A DNA stretch of 59,339 nt, filler included, from 9 parts of 9 records of this genome joined end to end with filler, not necessarily neighbours in it; one strand, 5' to 3'; shown: positions 10,212-20,782, numbered from the whole stretch's first letter. Numbers and translations are program-made. Notes: generated from the letters alone by a model not told the origin.

Positions 10212-10807
10212 GGTTTTCCCATATCCGTCCGGGGTGTGCCTTTCAGACCGATTTCTTCGGCCACTTCAGTCATCCCCGAAAGGGTGTCCCGGATGAGATC
10301 GGAAATTTCAACGCCCAGCATGCGGGCGCCTTTCTCAATAATGGAACGGTCAACGCCTGCTGCGAACCGCTTGTCTTTCCACTTTTTCTTGACGGATTTG
10401 GGTTTGACATCCAGGATGCTTTTTGAGGGCCTGATGAGGGCGGTTGTGGCCACCAGACCCGTCAGCTCATCAATGGCATAGAGGACTTTTTCAAGTTCCG
10501 TCACGGGTTCCACATCGGAGCAGATGCCACATCCATGGCTGACCACGGCCCTGATATATTCTTCGGGCCAGTTCCTTGATTCGAGGATTTCTTTACTTTT
10601 CAGACAATGCTCCTCCGGAAATTTTTCATAGTCCAAATCATGCACCAGGCCGATAATGCCCCATTTATCTTCATCTTCACCGCGTTTCCGCGCAACGTAA
10701 CGCATGACGCTTTCAACAGCCAGGGCATGTCTGATGAGGCTTTCACTTTTATTGTATTCCCGAAGCAGTGTGAACGCTTCTTCCCGGGTGGGTGTTTTCG
10801 GGTTCAT
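10208..10807 (-). CDS. HDIG/HD-domain protein
   Basis: IRHALAVE..GLVHDLDYE..EEH..SHG..AIDELTG. 4-nt overlap with the dcyD start. Confidence 0.85.
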   Translation of the reverse strand: MNPKTPTREEAFTLLREYNKSESLIRHALAVESVMRYVARKRGEDEDKWGIIGLVHDLDYEKFPEEHCLKSKEILESRNWPEEYIRAVVSHGCGICSDVEPVTELEKVLYAIDELTGLVATTALIRPSKSILDVKPKSVKKKWKDKRFAAGVDRSIIEKGARMLGVEISDLIRDTLSGMTEVAEEIGLKGTPRTDMGKP

Positions 10808-10891
10808 GGCATGATCTCCCGGTATATTGTGTGTGTTCGAATATTATGACATGCGGTTCATTGGCCCGTGGGTATCCGCTCGACAGGTTTT

Positions 10892-11482
10892 TCATCCCAT
10901 TTGTTCAGTATCCTCAAATGCTTTTTTCCAACGTTTTCCAGGGTTGTCAAAAATGACGTCTTCCGCTCTGAAAAGCTCGGAATCAAAATTTCTGCCACTC
11001 CATTGCATCATGGTTTCATGTTCCACATGGCCGGGGTTATTGATTATTTCGAGGAAATCATGATAACCATAGATGCCGCCGCAGTCTTCGGGAGGGCAGG
11101 CGCGGGCCCCTGAAATACACAGTGGATATGAAACACCTTTTTCTTTCAGCAAAATCCCTTCGAAAAGGATGTCGTGTTCCCAGCTGTCGCCAAAATCATA
11201 AATATAATCCGCGGTTTTTCCGGGTTCCACGAAATAGTCCCCAATATCTTCTTCCCATCCGGGCAGTGTCTCGGCCTGATCTTCATAGTCGTCATCGGGC
11301 GGTATTCCGATTCCAGTCAATTTTTTCGCCCTCGGTTTCTTGATTCGAAACAAATGGAGATGGTAGTCGAGCCACCCCATGGCATCCTGTATGGCCACGT
11401 GCAGGTCCCAGAATGTGGCGGTGGAAGGTACTTGAATCCTTCTCCAGATGGGGGGTTGGATTTCCTTGAGGGCGATTTTTAA
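10892..11482 (-). CDS. Plasmid pRiA4b ORF-3 family protein (5' truncated by contig end)
   Basis: Frame is open to the contig edge: LKIALKEIQPPIWRRIQVP..LHVAIQDAMGWLDYHLH..YDFGDSWEH..RACPPEDCGG. Confidence 0.85.
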   Translation of the reverse strand, partial: LKIALKEIQPPIWRRIQVPSTATFWDLHVAIQDAMGWLDYHLHLFRIKKPRAKKLTGIGIPPDDDYEDQAETLPGWEEDIGDYFVEPGKTADYIYDFGDSWEHDILFEGILLKEKGVSYPLCISGARACPPEDCGGIYGYHDFLEIINNPGHVEHETMMQWSGRNFDSELFRAEDVIFDNPGKRWKKAFEDTEQMG

Positions 11483-11582
11483 NNNNNNNNNNNNNNNNNN
11501 NNNNNNNNNNNNNNNNNNNNNNNNNNTTAATTAATTAANNNNNNNNNNNNNNNNNNNNNNNNNNNNNNNNNNNNNNNNNNNN
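11483..11582. other. Artificial contig linker
   Basis: 100 nt of N around TTAATTAATTAA (stops in all six frames). Confidence 0.99.
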
Positions 11583-11584
11583 GT

Positions 11585-12691
11585 ACCTCACAGAACATGA
11601 ATGCTAATGAGGTCATTGCCAACCGGGCACTTGAGATCCTTGGGTATGAAAAAGGACGATATGACATCATTCATCCCAATGACCACGTCAATATGTCCCA
11701 GTCATCCAATGACACTACACATACAGCCGTTCATATAGCTACTGTTGAAAGTCTCCGTTCATCATTGATTCCTGTGATTGATGAGTTGCTGGAGTTGCTC
11801 ACTGAACTAAAAAATGAGTTCATGCCGGTGGTAAAACCGGGAAGAACGCATTTACAGGATGCAGTTCCACTTACAGTGGGACAGGAGTTTGGTGGATACA
11901 AACGGATGATAGAACTTGATAGAAAACGGCTGCTGGAAGCTGTGGATGATCTGCTTGAGCTCAACATGGGCGGGACTGCTATTGGAACCGGCCTGAACAC
12001 CCCTCCTGGTTTTTCTAAGATTGCTATTCGGGAAATAAGAACTATTACAGGTGTAGAGTTCAGACTGGCTGAAAATCCCTTTGAGGCAACTCAGAGTGCA
12101 GGTGCTATACTCGCCTGTTCTGCCGCGCTTCGTGGACTTGCAGTGAGTCTAATTAAGATAGCAAATGACCTGCGGCTGCTCTCCAGTGGACCAAGGGCAG
12201 GTATGGGTGAGTTGAACCTTCCTGCAGTCCAGCCGGGATCATCAATAATGCCCGGAAAGGTCAATCCGGTAATGGCGGAAATGCTTAACATGGCATGCTT
12301 TCAGGTGATAGGCAATGACACTGCAATAACACTGGCTGCACAGGCGGGACAGCTCGAACTCAATGTATTCACGCCGCTTCTGGCTCACAACATCCTGCGT
12401 TCTATTAAGATATTGTCAGGAGCAATTTCCTCGTTCAACAGGAAATGCTTCTCGGGTCTGAGTGTCAATGCTCAAAGGTGTACAGAACTTGCCGAATTCA
12501 GTCTTGCACTTGCAACATCATTAGCACCTGCTATTGGTTATGAAAAGGCAGCTGAGGTGTCTTACAGGGCACACAGGGAAGGCCGGTCTGTAAAGGATGT
12601 AGTAATTGAGATGGGAATACTTGGTGATCAGGAAATAGATGACCTGCTTGACCCAATGAAACTGACGGGGTTGAAAGATGATAGACCATGA
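11585..12691 (+). CDS. Class II fumarate hydratase / aspartate ammonia-lyase (5' truncated)
   Basis: [47 protein letters not shown] signature. SQSSNDT and the gene context favour fumarase. Confidence 0.88.
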   Translation, partial: TSQNMNANEVIANRALEILGYEKGRYDIIHPNDHVNMSQSSNDTTHTAVHIATVESLRSSLIPVIDELLELLTELKNEFMPVVKPGRTHLQDAVPLTVGQEFGGYKRMIELDRKRLLEAVDDLLELNMGGTAIGTGLNTPPGFSKIAIREIRTITGVEFRLAENPFEATQSAGAILACSAALRGLAVSLIKIANDLRLLSSGPRAGMGELNLPAVQPGSSIMPGKVNPVMAEMLNMACFQVIGNDTAITLAAQAGQLELNVFTPLLAHNILRSIKILSGAISSFNRKCFSGLSVNAQRCTELAEFSLALATSLAPAIGYEKAAEVSYRAHREGRSVKDVVIEMGILGDQEIDDLLDPMKLTGLKDDRP

Positions 12692-14351
12692 TATTATTGT
12701 GATAGGCGGAGGGCTTGCCGGACTCAGGGCAGCCATAGAGGCTTACAAACTGGGTGCAGATGTTGCTGTGATCTCGAAGGTATATCCGGTTCGCAGCCAT
12801 TCAGGTGCAGCACAAGGTGGTATCAATGCTTCACTGGGCTCTGATGATAGCTGGGAATCACATGCCTTTGATACAGTGAAAGGTAGCGACTATCTTGCAG
12901 ACCAGGATACTGTGGAAGTGCTTTGTAAGGAAGCTCCTGAAAGGGTGATTGAGATGGAGAACTGGGGCTGCAATTTCTCAAGGCAGGAAAATGGCAGGAT
13001 AGCCCAGAGGCCATTTGGGGGAGCAGGATTTCCAAGGACATGTTTTGCAGGTGACAGGACAGGTCACAATCTTCTGCATACACTGTACGAGCAGGTTCTC
13101 AGGTCCGGGATAAAGATATACAATGAGTGGCTTGTAACAAAACTCGTCATAGACAATGAAAGATGCACTGGTTTTGTTGCCATGAACCTGGCAGATTCAG
13201 AACTTGAGGTCTTTCGGGCAAAGGTCACTATCCTTGCAACCGGCGGCTATGGCAGGATCTACCAGAGATCCACGAATGCTATAATCAACAGGGGCTTCGG
13301 TATAAGTCTAGCATATAATGCAGGAATCCCGCTGGAAGATATGGAATTCGTCCAGTTCCATCCAACCACCTTATGGGGAACCAATATACTGATCACAGAA
13401 GGCGCCCGTGGGGAAGGTGGCTATCTTTACAACAAGGACCACGAACGCTTCATGGAGAGATATGCAAAGGATGCAATGGAACTCGCGCCCAGGGATATCG
13501 TTGCCAGGGCAATACAGAAAGAGATAGATGAAGGCAGGGGTTTCCCCGAAGGTTATGTTCATCTTGACCTGACACACCTGGGAAAGGAGATGATCAACGA
13601 ACGTCTTCCCGGCATCAGGCAAATATCCATTGATTTTGCAGGCGTTGATCCTGTGAAGGAACCTATACCTGTTCAGCCGGGGCAGCATTATTCCATGGGT
13701 GGTGTGGCCTCTGATAAGGATGGAAAAACGCCTGTGGAGGGTCTTTATGCCGTGGGGGAATGTGCCTGTATCAGTGTACATGGTGCCAACCGGCTTGGTG
13801 GCAATTCTCTCCTGGACACCGTTGTTTTTGGTCGCAGGGCAGGTATCCATGCTGCTGAAAACATTCGCTCCATATCACGACCTGATGAGGATAGCTTACT
13901 TGATGCATGCCAGCAGGAGGAAAAACGGATAGCTGAAATGATCGGTAGTGAAGGCGAGAACTTTGCTTCCATAAGGGATGAACTGCAATCCATAATGCAG
14001 GAACATGCCGGTGTATTCAGGAATAAAAAAGGTATGGAACATGCTCTTGATAAGATCAGGAAACTTAAGAAAAGAGCATCCGGTCTGAGAGTCCAGAGCA
14101 GGGCCACAGTCTTTAACTTTGAACTTATGAACGCCCTGGAATTGCAGGGAATGCTTGAACTGGGACACATTATTGTCCTCGGGGCACTTGCAAGGGAGGA
14201 AAGCAGGGGTGCTCATTACCGTACTGATTATCTTGAAAGGGATGATAAGAACTGGTTAAAACACACACTTGCTTACAGGGATGACGAACCGCGACTTGAA
14301 TACAAGGAAGTAAACATAGGTAGTTTTACTCCAAAGAGGAGGGAATACTGA
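12678..14351 (+). CDS. sdhA: Succinate dehydrogenase/fumarate reductase flavoprotein subunit
   Basis: [16 protein letters not shown] (covalent FAD His), [37 protein letters not shown]. Confidence 0.92.
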   Translation: MIDHDIIVIGGGLAGLRAAIEAYKLGADVAVISKVYPVRSHSGAAQGGINASLGSDDSWESHAFDTVKGSDYLADQDTVEVLCKEAPERVIEMENWGCNFSRQENGRIAQRPFGGAGFPRTCFAGDRTGHNLLHTLYEQVLRSGIKIYNEWLVTKLVIDNERCTGFVAMNLADSELEVFRAKVTILATGGYGRIYQRSTNAIINRGFGISLAYNAGIPLEDMEFVQFHPTTLWGTNILITEGARGEGGYLYNKDHERFMERYAKDAMELAPRDIVARAIQKEIDEGRGFPEGYVHLDLTHLGKEMINERLPGIRQISIDFAGVDPVKEPIPVQPGQHYSMGGVASDKDGKTPVEGLYAVGECACISVHGANRLGGNSLLDTVVFGRRAGIHAAENIRSISRPDEDSLLDACQQEEKRIAEMIGSEGENFASIRDELQSIMQEHAGVFRNKKGMEHALDKIRKLKKRASGLRVQSRATVFNFELMNALELQGMLELGHIIVLGALAREESRGAHYRTDYLERDDKNWLKHTLAYRDDEPRLEYKEVNIGSFTPKRREY

Positions 14352-15109
14352 TGGTAAAGCTTACTATCAGGAGACAGGATGAGAATACCATATGGTATGA
14401 TACGTTCGAGGTTGAGGATAGGCCGGGAATGACAGTGCTTGAAGCATTGTTCCAGATACAGGAAAAACAGGATGGCAGCCTGTGCTTCAGGTACGCCTGC
14501 AGAGGTGCGATCTGTGGAAGTTGTGCTATGCTCATCAACAGGAAACCGGGACTTGCATGCAGGACTCAATTATCGGATGCAAGAGCCGAAGTTGTAAGGG
14601 AATCCGAAAAGGAGGATGTGCTTTTGAAACACAGCGACAAGGACGAGGACAAATATGAGATCCTTGTCGAGCCTCTTCCCAACCTGGAAATCATAAGGGA
14701 CCTCATAGTTGATATGGATCATTTCTTCGGACTTGTGGATTCGATTAAACCCTGGATAGGGGCTGCCGGGGATGCAGGCAAGGAACAGACCTTGATGGAG
14801 CCATTGTTGCAGATGAAGATTGAGAAGTATACTAATTGTATACTGTGTGCTACGTGTCATGGAACATGTCCGGTGGCTGAAAGGGACGGGGAATACCTCG
14901 GACCTGCTGCATTGGCCAAAGCATGGCGTTTCTTCCTTGACCCTCGAAATGATAAGGAAGATGCTGAGAAGATCGTTTCCAGAGTCGATTCTGACAAAGG
15001 TGTGTGGGGATGTGATGTTGTTTACAGATGTGTAGCTGTTTGTCCGAAGAATGTCCCACCAACTTCCGCTATCCTCAAACTGAGGGAGGAAACGGGAAAA
15101 TCGAGCTAG
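14351..15109 (+). CDS. sdhB: Succinate dehydrogenase/fumarate reductase Fe-S subunit
   Basis: CRGAICGSC..C (2Fe-2S), CILCATCHGTCP (4Fe-4S), CDVVYRCVAVCP (3Fe-4S). TGATG coupling with sdhA. Confidence 0.9.
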   Translation: MVKLTIRRQDENTIWYDTFEVEDRPGMTVLEALFQIQEKQDGSLCFRYACRGAICGSCAMLINRKPGLACRTQLSDARAEVVRESEKEDVLLKHSDKDEDKYEILVEPLPNLEIIRDLIVDMDHFFGLVDSIKPWIGAAGDAGKEQTLMEPLLQMKIEKYTNCILCATCHGTCPVAERDGEYLGPAALAKAWRFFLDPRNDKEDAEKIVSRVDSDKGVWGCDVVYRCVAVCPKNVPPTSAILKLREETGKSS

Positions 15110-15301
15110 TCTTGCTAGTTACAAAATACAGACTTCAAATATGAAGATCTCAGGTCTTTAAATATTATTGAAGTATACAATTAATTGTGGGTGTCGGGCA
15201 ATGACACCGGGGAATTGTGGAAGATCCCTGCTTAGGGAAGATACCTGCGAATAATTTGTGTTGTTTGCAGGTGTCTCAAAAGCAAGATGATAGCCTAGGG
15301 T

Positions 15302-15886
15302 TTACAGATAGACTAATATTAGGAATGCAGCTTCTGCAGTAATACCGGAGAACACTGGGATTACAAGATTGTCATCTATTTTTACAAATGTCGTTTCAAC
15401 ATAGGTCGCAACAAGTGCCATAAGGAAAGCAACAAGTGGGTTTCCGAGTAAAAGAGCAGCTATTATCAGGTCCACTATGAATTCGGCGATGCATCCTTCC
15501 AGACTTTTCCCGTTGCCAAATATCCTTATTTTTCCAAATCTTTTTCCAATGAGTGCAGCACTCATATCTCCAAAGGTTGTCATAAGGATAGCTGCAAAGG
15601 CAATGTCCTTGCTGAAAACCGATACAGCTACAAGAGTACCAAGGGTGAAATACACATGAGAACCGAGTCCTTTCTCCTCTTTCTGGCGCAAAAGAATGTG
15701 GAATATCGGAAGTTTTATACCTCTGTCAAGTCTCAGGTGCTCTATTATTAATATGAGCAAAAGGTAGACTATCAACAGAGTTTGTGTTTCCTGCTTTCCA
15801 AAAAAGACATACACAAGTATAATGAGTATCGAGGTCAGATGAATGCCTTTTCTCATAAGTTCGTTCGCAAAGGAAATAGGAGCCAT
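15302..15886 (-). CDS. Dolichol/phytol/diacylglycerol kinase (CTP-dependent) family membrane protein
   Basis: RKGIH, FGDMSAALIG, KSLEG, DDNL motifs; multiple transmembrane segments. Confidence 0.8.
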   Translation of the reverse strand: MAPISFANELMRKGIHLTSILIILVYVFFGKQETQTLLIVYLLLILIIEHLRLDRGIKLPIFHILLRQKEEKGLGSHVYFTLGTLVAVSVFSKDIAFAAILMTTFGDMSAALIGKRFGKIRIFGNGKSLEGCIAEFIVDLIIAALLLGNPLVAFLMALVATYVETTFVKIDDNLVIPVFSGITAEAAFLILVYL

Positions 15887-16042
15887 TGGAATTCTATTCT
15901 ATCTATTGGTATATAAAAGGAGTATATCAGAGTAAAAATTAGATGGATGTCACTCTTGTCAATATCAAATGTCATCAGCCTAAATATGAATATGGTAAGT
16001 CAAAAAAGAAAAATAATACCGGCTGCTGTAGTTGCCGGAATT

Positions 16043-16216
16043 TTATTCCATTGTTATGGCTTCAACAGGACAGGCATCCACACAGTCGCCACAATCGACG
16101 CATTCATCTGCGTTAACAACTGCAATGTTTCCGTTCATGGAAATTGCTTCTACCGGGCAGGTATCTACACACTGTTCGCATCCTGTACATGTCTCTTTAT
16201 CAATGATAGCTGGCAT
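16043..16216 (-). CDS. 2[4Fe-4S] ferredoxin, 57 aa (absent from the ORF track)
   Basis: Manual translation: MPAIIDKETCTGCEQCVDTCPVEAISMNGNIAVVNADECVDCGDCVDACPVEAITME*. RBS AGGAGTGA. Confidence 0.93.
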   Translation of the reverse strand: MPAIIDKETCTGCEQCVDTCPVEAISMNGNIAVVNADECVDCGDCVDACPVEAITME

Positions 16217-16426
16217 TTTATTTCACTCCTTTATCATCTTTTTTGATGATGGTGTAGTCCCTCTCTGAGATTATGGGATAAATAGTTATCGTGATGTTGC
16301 TATCCTTTCAGACAGACAGGGTACAGTATGGGATGTGTTTTTCTGTTTTGGAATGAACAACATATATAATTAGTGTCATGCACAAAATATCCTTATCTAA
16401 ATTATTGAATATGGAATTGGTAATAT

Positions 16427-16789
16427 ATGGCATGGAAAAAAGCTTCTGAAGAACTGACGCACTTACTGGAAGAATATATGCCGGACTTCGATGTGGAGTT
16501 CAGGAAAATGTTTGGGAGCCCTGTTTATTTTGTACGGGGAAATATGTTTGTAGGTGTTCACCAGGATAACATCATGTTGCGTCTGAAACCTGGTGACCAG
16601 AAGACCCTTTTTGCTGAACACGATGAAGCTGCGCCCTTTGAACCAATGGGAAGACGGATGAAAGAATATATTCTTCTTCCGCTATCGGTATCTGATAACG
16701 ATGAACAGATGCAGAAATGGCTCAACATCTCTTATGATTATGTCTCTTCTCTTCCTCTGAAAGAAAAGAAACTAAAAAAGAAGAAGTAA
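16427..16789 (+). CDS. TfoX/Sxy N-terminal domain protein
   Basis: RKMFGSPVYFVRGNMF..FEPMGRRMKEY..SLPLKEK pattern. Confidence 0.8.
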   Translation: MAWKKASEELTHLLEEYMPDFDVEFRKMFGSPVYFVRGNMFVGVHQDNIMLRLKPGDQKTLFAEHDEAAPFEPMGRRMKEYILLPLSVSDNDEQMQKWLNISYDYVSSLPLKEKKLKKKK

Positions 16790-16851
16790 TAAAAAAATTA
16801 TAGTCTGGATATTACTTCATTTTACACGATGGAGAAGCAAGAAACTTTTCC

Positions 16852-16866
16852 AAAGGATTAAATATA
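16852..16866 (+). promoter_or_regulatory. Archaeal BRE/TATA promoter of the DUF1616 gene
   Basis: AAAGGA-TTAAATAT about 30 nt upstream of ATG 16894. A similar TTTATATA lies about 25-30 nt upstream of the minus-strand start at 15886. Confidence 0.5.
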
Positions 16867-16893
16867 TTAGATACTGTTATCTCTTCAGAAAAA

Positions 16894-17850
16894 ATGCCAG
16901 AAAAAAAACAAATTCCTGCTGACATACAACTTGTTATAGCACTTGTGTTGCTAACTGATATTTTTGTGCTTGTTCCTTTCTTGAGCGAAAGTCCTGTACG
17001 AATAGTTTTGGGTCTGCCAATGGTTTTATTCCTGCCGGGATATGCACTAATTGCAGCCCTCTTCCCCGGAAAAGATGATCTTGATGGTATAGAGCGCGTA
17101 GCCCTTAGCTTCGGTCTTAGTATAGCTGTTGTTCCATTAATGGGACTTGCTCTGAACTATACGCCGTGGGGAATCAGGCTTGTTCCTATATTGATATCTC
17201 TGACAGTTTTTACTGTTCTGATGTCCATGATAGCTGTTTACAGGCGACAGATGATAGAAACAGATGCTTTTTCAGTACCTTTTACGGAAATGTATGAAGC
17301 CATAAAGGCGGAAATAGATACTAACCCGGAGTCAGAGCTCGATCGCATATTAACTATAATTCTAGTATTTTCAATACTAATTGCCGCAGTGACGCTTGTA
17401 TATGTTGTTGTCACTCCGAAGCAGGGAGAGAAATTCACTGAATTCTACATACTGGGACCCGATGGTATGGCAGATAATTACAGCACTCAACTGATTAAAG
17501 GTGAGAAAACGGACGTCATTGTAGGAATTGTAAATCATGAATATTCAGTAGTCAATTATTCCGTGGCAATCAAACTGGATAATGCGTCTATGGATGTTCC
17601 GAATGATTTGCATCATATAGTTCTTAATCATAATGATACATGGGAAATGGGTGTTTCTTTTGTACCTGAGAACACAGGCAATAATATGAAGTTACAGTAT
17701 CTGCTCTACCGTGAAGACAATATGTCGGAATCCTACAGGGATTTACATCTCTGGATAAATGTAACAGATGATGATGAAATGGGATTTGGAATGAACAACT
17801 CAGTTTTACAAAATTATCTGGATAACTCTTCAACTTTGTCAGGTGAATAA
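16894..17850 (+). CDS. DUF1616 domain membrane protein (archaeal)
   Basis: LFLPGYAL..LFP..ERVALSFGLSIA..FTEFYILG..GIVNHE..YRDLHLW. Confidence 0.8.
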   Translation: MPEKKQIPADIQLVIALVLLTDIFVLVPFLSESPVRIVLGLPMVLFLPGYALIAALFPGKDDLDGIERVALSFGLSIAVVPLMGLALNYTPWGIRLVPILISLTVFTVLMSMIAVYRRQMIETDAFSVPFTEMYEAIKAEIDTNPESELDRILTIILVFSILIAAVTLVYVVVTPKQGEKFTEFYILGPDGMADNYSTQLIKGEKTDVIVGIVNHEYSVVNYSVAIKLDNASMDVPNDLHHIVLNHNDTWEMGVSFVPENTGNNMKLQYLLYREDNMSESYRDLHLWINVTDDDEMGFGMNNSVLQNYLDNSSTLSGE

Positions 17851-18049
17851 TTAATGTGATTATTGACTCTTCTTTGCTATTATTGATGAAATTATAAGAA
17901 GTGTAATTTTAATGTATCCTTACTTATATATAATAACCTCAAAATTTACAGGAACATTTAAATAAATGTATGATGTTACATCTATGGGGTTCATAGGGTT
18001 GTATTTGACGTCATAATTCTTCCAATTGATTAAAACAGAGATGCTTTAA

Positions 18050-18303
18050 GTGAATAAAAAAACAGCTCACTCCCAATATCATATATACATAAAATCCAGT
18101 TTGTTAATCTTAGCAATTGCTATTTCTCTAATGCCAATGACTTCCTCTGCACTTGCAGAGGTTACTGAAGTTACGATATCTCCCGAAAATCCAAAATCAG
18201 GAGATACAATAACAGTTAGTGGCAAAGCAAGTCCTGGTGAGGAAGTGGGCCTTTCTATCTCATTTGATAAGACTCAGGCCGTTTCAGATGGTAAGTTCGA
18301 GTA
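18050..18303 (+). CDS. Exported cell-surface protein, N-terminal fragment (3' truncated)
   Basis: Signal peptide ending ALA, then Ig-like VTISPENPKSGDTITVSGKA. Confidence 0.6.
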
Positions 18304-18403
18304 NNNNNNNNNNNNNNNNNNNNNNNNNNNNNNNNNNNNNNNNNNNNTTAATTAATTAANNNNNNNNNNNNNNNNNNNNNNNNNNNNNNNNNNNNNNNNN
18401 NNN
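18304..18403. other. Artificial contig linker
   Basis: N-run + TTAATTAATTAA + N-run. Confidence 0.99.
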
Positions 18404-18405
18404 AC

Positions 18406-19233
18406 CTTCGGTTCACGACCCGTTCGAACGCGGAATTCATGGTCAGCGACGAAAGCCTGATCGAACCGCTGATCGAACGCTTGAACGCCGAAGGTTTTCC
18501 CGTCGGCGGCACCGGCAATTCGATCTCGCAACTGGCCCACACCCAGGGCTGGCTGCACTGCGACATTCCCGGCACCGATGCCTCGGGCGTCGTCAAGGCG
18601 ATCATGGATTCGCTGTATGACGATTTCATCGAGCAGAAGCTGCCGGCGAAGGTCAAGATCAACACGCTGTGCTGCCAGATCAACTGCGGCGGCCATGGCG
18701 ATATCGACATCAACGTCCAGCACACCAAACCGCCGGTCATCAACCACGATCTGGTCCACAAGATCTGCGAGCGGCCGACGGTGATTGCCCGTTGCCCGGT
18801 CGCGGCGATCCGTCCGGCCGTCGTCAACGGCATGCCGACGCTGGAAATCGACGAAAAGAAATGCATGTGCTGCGGCGCCTGCTATCCGCCCTGCCCGCCC
18901 ATGCAGATCAACGATCCGATCCATACCAAGATCGCCATCTGGATCGGTGGCAAGAACTCGAACGCGCGCTCGAAGCCGACCTTCCACAAGCTGGTGGTTT
19001 CCGGTCTGCCCAACAACCCGCCGCGTTGGCCCGAGGTTTCCGAGACGGTGAAGACCATCCTCGAAGCCTATCGTGAAGGCGGCCGTCCCTACGAGCGGGT
19101 CGGCGAATGGGTCGATCGCATCGGTTGGCCGAAATTCTTCGAGATCACGGGACTTCCCTTCACCCGCCATCACATCGACGATTGGCGGTGGTCGCGGCCG
19201 TCCCTCAACACGTCGGCGCATGTCCGAATGTAA
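18406..19233 (+). CDS. dsrB: Dissimilatory sulfite reductase beta subunit, oxidative type (5' truncated)
   Basis: RFTTRSN, HTQGWLHCD, CCQINCGG, CMCCGACYPPC, PNNPPRWPE, ERVGEWVDRIGW. Confidence 0.95.
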   Translation, partial: LRFTTRSNAEFMVSDESLIEPLIERLNAEGFPVGGTGNSISQLAHTQGWLHCDIPGTDASGVVKAIMDSLYDDFIEQKLPAKVKINTLCCQINCGGHGDIDINVQHTKPPVINHDLVHKICERPTVIARCPVAAIRPAVVNGMPTLEIDEKKCMCCGACYPPCPPMQINDPIHTKIAIWIGGKNSNARSKPTFHKLVVSGLPNNPPRWPEVSETVKTILEAYREGGRPYERVGEWVDRIGWPKFFEITGLPFTRHHIDDWRWSRPSLNTSAHVRM

Positions 19234-19246
19234 AAGGTAACGGACG

Positions 19247-19606
19247 ATGAAGGTCAGTGTTCTCGTCAACGAAGGACCGTTCACACATCAGGCTTCCGAT
19301 TCCGCCTACCATTTCGTCAAGGCGGCGATCGAAAAGGGCCACGAGGTGATGCGCGTGTTCTTCTATAACGACGGCGTCAACAACGCCAACCGGCTGTCGG
19401 AGCCGCAGCAGGACGACCGCAATCTGGTCAAGCTGTGGAGCCAACTGGGCCAGGAGCACGACCTCGACCTTGTTGTCTGCGTGGCGGCGGCGCTTCGGCG
19501 CGGCCTCAAGGATGAGATCCTGGCCGAGGGATTCCGGATTTCCGGTCTCGGCCAGCTCATCGAAGCCGGCATGGACAGCGACCGCCTGGTCGTGTTCGGC
19601 GATTGA
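19247..19606 (+). CDS. dsrE: Sulfurtransferase subunit DsrE
   Basis: VNEGPFTHQASDSAY, FFYNDGV, active-site CVAAALRRG, ISGLGQL. Confidence 0.95.
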   Translation: MKVSVLVNEGPFTHQASDSAYHFVKAAIEKGHEVMRVFFYNDGVNNANRLSEPQQDDRNLVKLWSQLGQEHDLDLVVCVAAALRRGLKDEILAEGFRISGLGQLIEAGMDSDRLVVFGD

Positions 19607-19624
19607 CGGTGCGGGAGAGAAAAA

Positions 19625-20032
19625 ATGGCTGAAGCCGATTTCATCCCCGATGACGACGACGAAACCGACGAAGACGTCAAGAAGTTCATGTTCGTCAATC
19701 GCCGCGGACCCTACGGCACGATCTATGCGCTCGAAGGCCTCGAAATGGTGTTGATCACCGGCGCCTTCGATCAGGACGTCAGCGTCGTCTTCATGGAAGA
19801 CGCCCTGTTCCAGATCGTCAAGGGCCAGGACACCAAGGCGATCAACATGAAGAACTTCTCGCCGACCTATCGGGCGCTTGAGGGCTACGACATCGAAAAG
19901 CTCTATGTCGAAAAGGAATCGGCCGAGGCCCGCGGCCTGACCGAGGACGATTTCGTCGTTCCGGTGCAGGTTCTGAGCGCCGACGAAATCTCGGCACTGA
20001 TGGCCGAACAAGACGTCGTCATGTCGATCTGA
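19625..20032 (+). CDS. dsrF: Sulfurtransferase subunit DsrF
   Basis: KKFMFVNRRGPYGTIYALEGLE, KNFSPTYRAL. Acidic N-terminal extension. Confidence 0.93.
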   Translation: MAEADFIPDDDDETDEDVKKFMFVNRRGPYGTIYALEGLEMVLITGAFDQDVSVVFMEDALFQIVKGQDTKAINMKNFSPTYRALEGYDIEKLYVEKESAEARGLTEDDFVVPVQVLSADEISALMAEQDVVMSI

Positions 20033-20047
20033 CGGGGGGGATTTGCC

Positions 20048-20341
20048 ATGCTTCACACGGTCAACAAATCGCCCGCCGAGCGCACCGCGCTGAGCTGTTG
20101 TTTGCGCTACGCCCGGAAAGGCGATTCCATCCTGCTTTACGAAGACGGCGTCTATGCGGCGCGCAAGGCCGCGGCGGCCGGGCTCGAAGACGCGAAAGAC
20201 TTCAAACTGTTTGTCCTCGGACCGGATCTGGAAGCCCGCGGCATCGCCGCCGAGCAGGTTCTGGACGGTATCGAGATTGTCGATTACGGCGGGTTCGTGG
20301 ATCTGGTGGCCGAGGTCGGTCCGGTCCAGGCCTGGCTGTAA
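20048..20341 (+). CDS. dsrH: Sulfurtransferase subunit DsrH
   Basis: MLHTVNKSP, LLYEDGVYAA, DYGGFVDL..QAWL. Confidence 0.93.
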   Translation: MLHTVNKSPAERTALSCCLRYARKGDSILLYEDGVYAARKAAAAGLEDAKDFKLFVLGPDLEARGIAAEQVLDGIEIVDYGGFVDLVAEVGPVQAWL

Positions 20342-20412
20342 GTTGGAGTGATTGAAAACGGACGACGGTACGGCGGATATCCGCCCGAGTTGACCAAAAG
20401 GAGAGTGACCAA

Positions 20413-20745
20413 ATGGCATACGAGTTTCAGGGACAGACCTTCGAGCACGACGAGGAAGGCTTCCTCACGGATATCAGCGTATGGAGCCAGGATCTGGCCA
20501 AGTTCCTCGCCGATGGCGAGAACATCGACATGACAGACGAGCATTGGGAAGTCGTCAACTTCCTGCGCGACTACTACAACGAATATCAGATCGCGCCGGC
20601 CATCCGGGTCCTCGTCAAGCAGATGAAAAAGGCCTTCGGCCCGGAAAAGGGCAACAACAAATACCTGTATCAGCTGTTCCCCTACGGCCCAGCCAAGCAG
20701 GCCTGCAAGATCGCCGGTCTTCCGAAGCCGACGGGCTGCATCTGA
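20413..20745 (+). CDS. dsrC: Sulfur carrier DsrC
   Basis: HWEVVNFLRDYY..LFPYGPAKQACKIAGLPKPTGCI, with both C-terminal cysteines. Confidence 0.96.
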   Translation: MAYEFQGQTFEHDEEGFLTDISVWSQDLAKFLADGENIDMTDEHWEVVNFLRDYYNEYQIAPAIRVLVKQMKKAFGPEKGNNKYLYQLFPYGPAKQACKIAGLPKPTGCI

Positions 20746-20750
20746 TCCCT

Positions 20751-20782
20751 GGAAACGGCGGGGGATTTCCCCCGCCCGTTCC
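20751..20782 (+). terminator. GC-rich stem-loop after dsrC (terminator or mRNA stabiliser)
   Basis: GGCGGGGG-ATTT-CCCCCGCC stem right after the dsrC stop; no clear U-tract. Confidence 0.45.
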
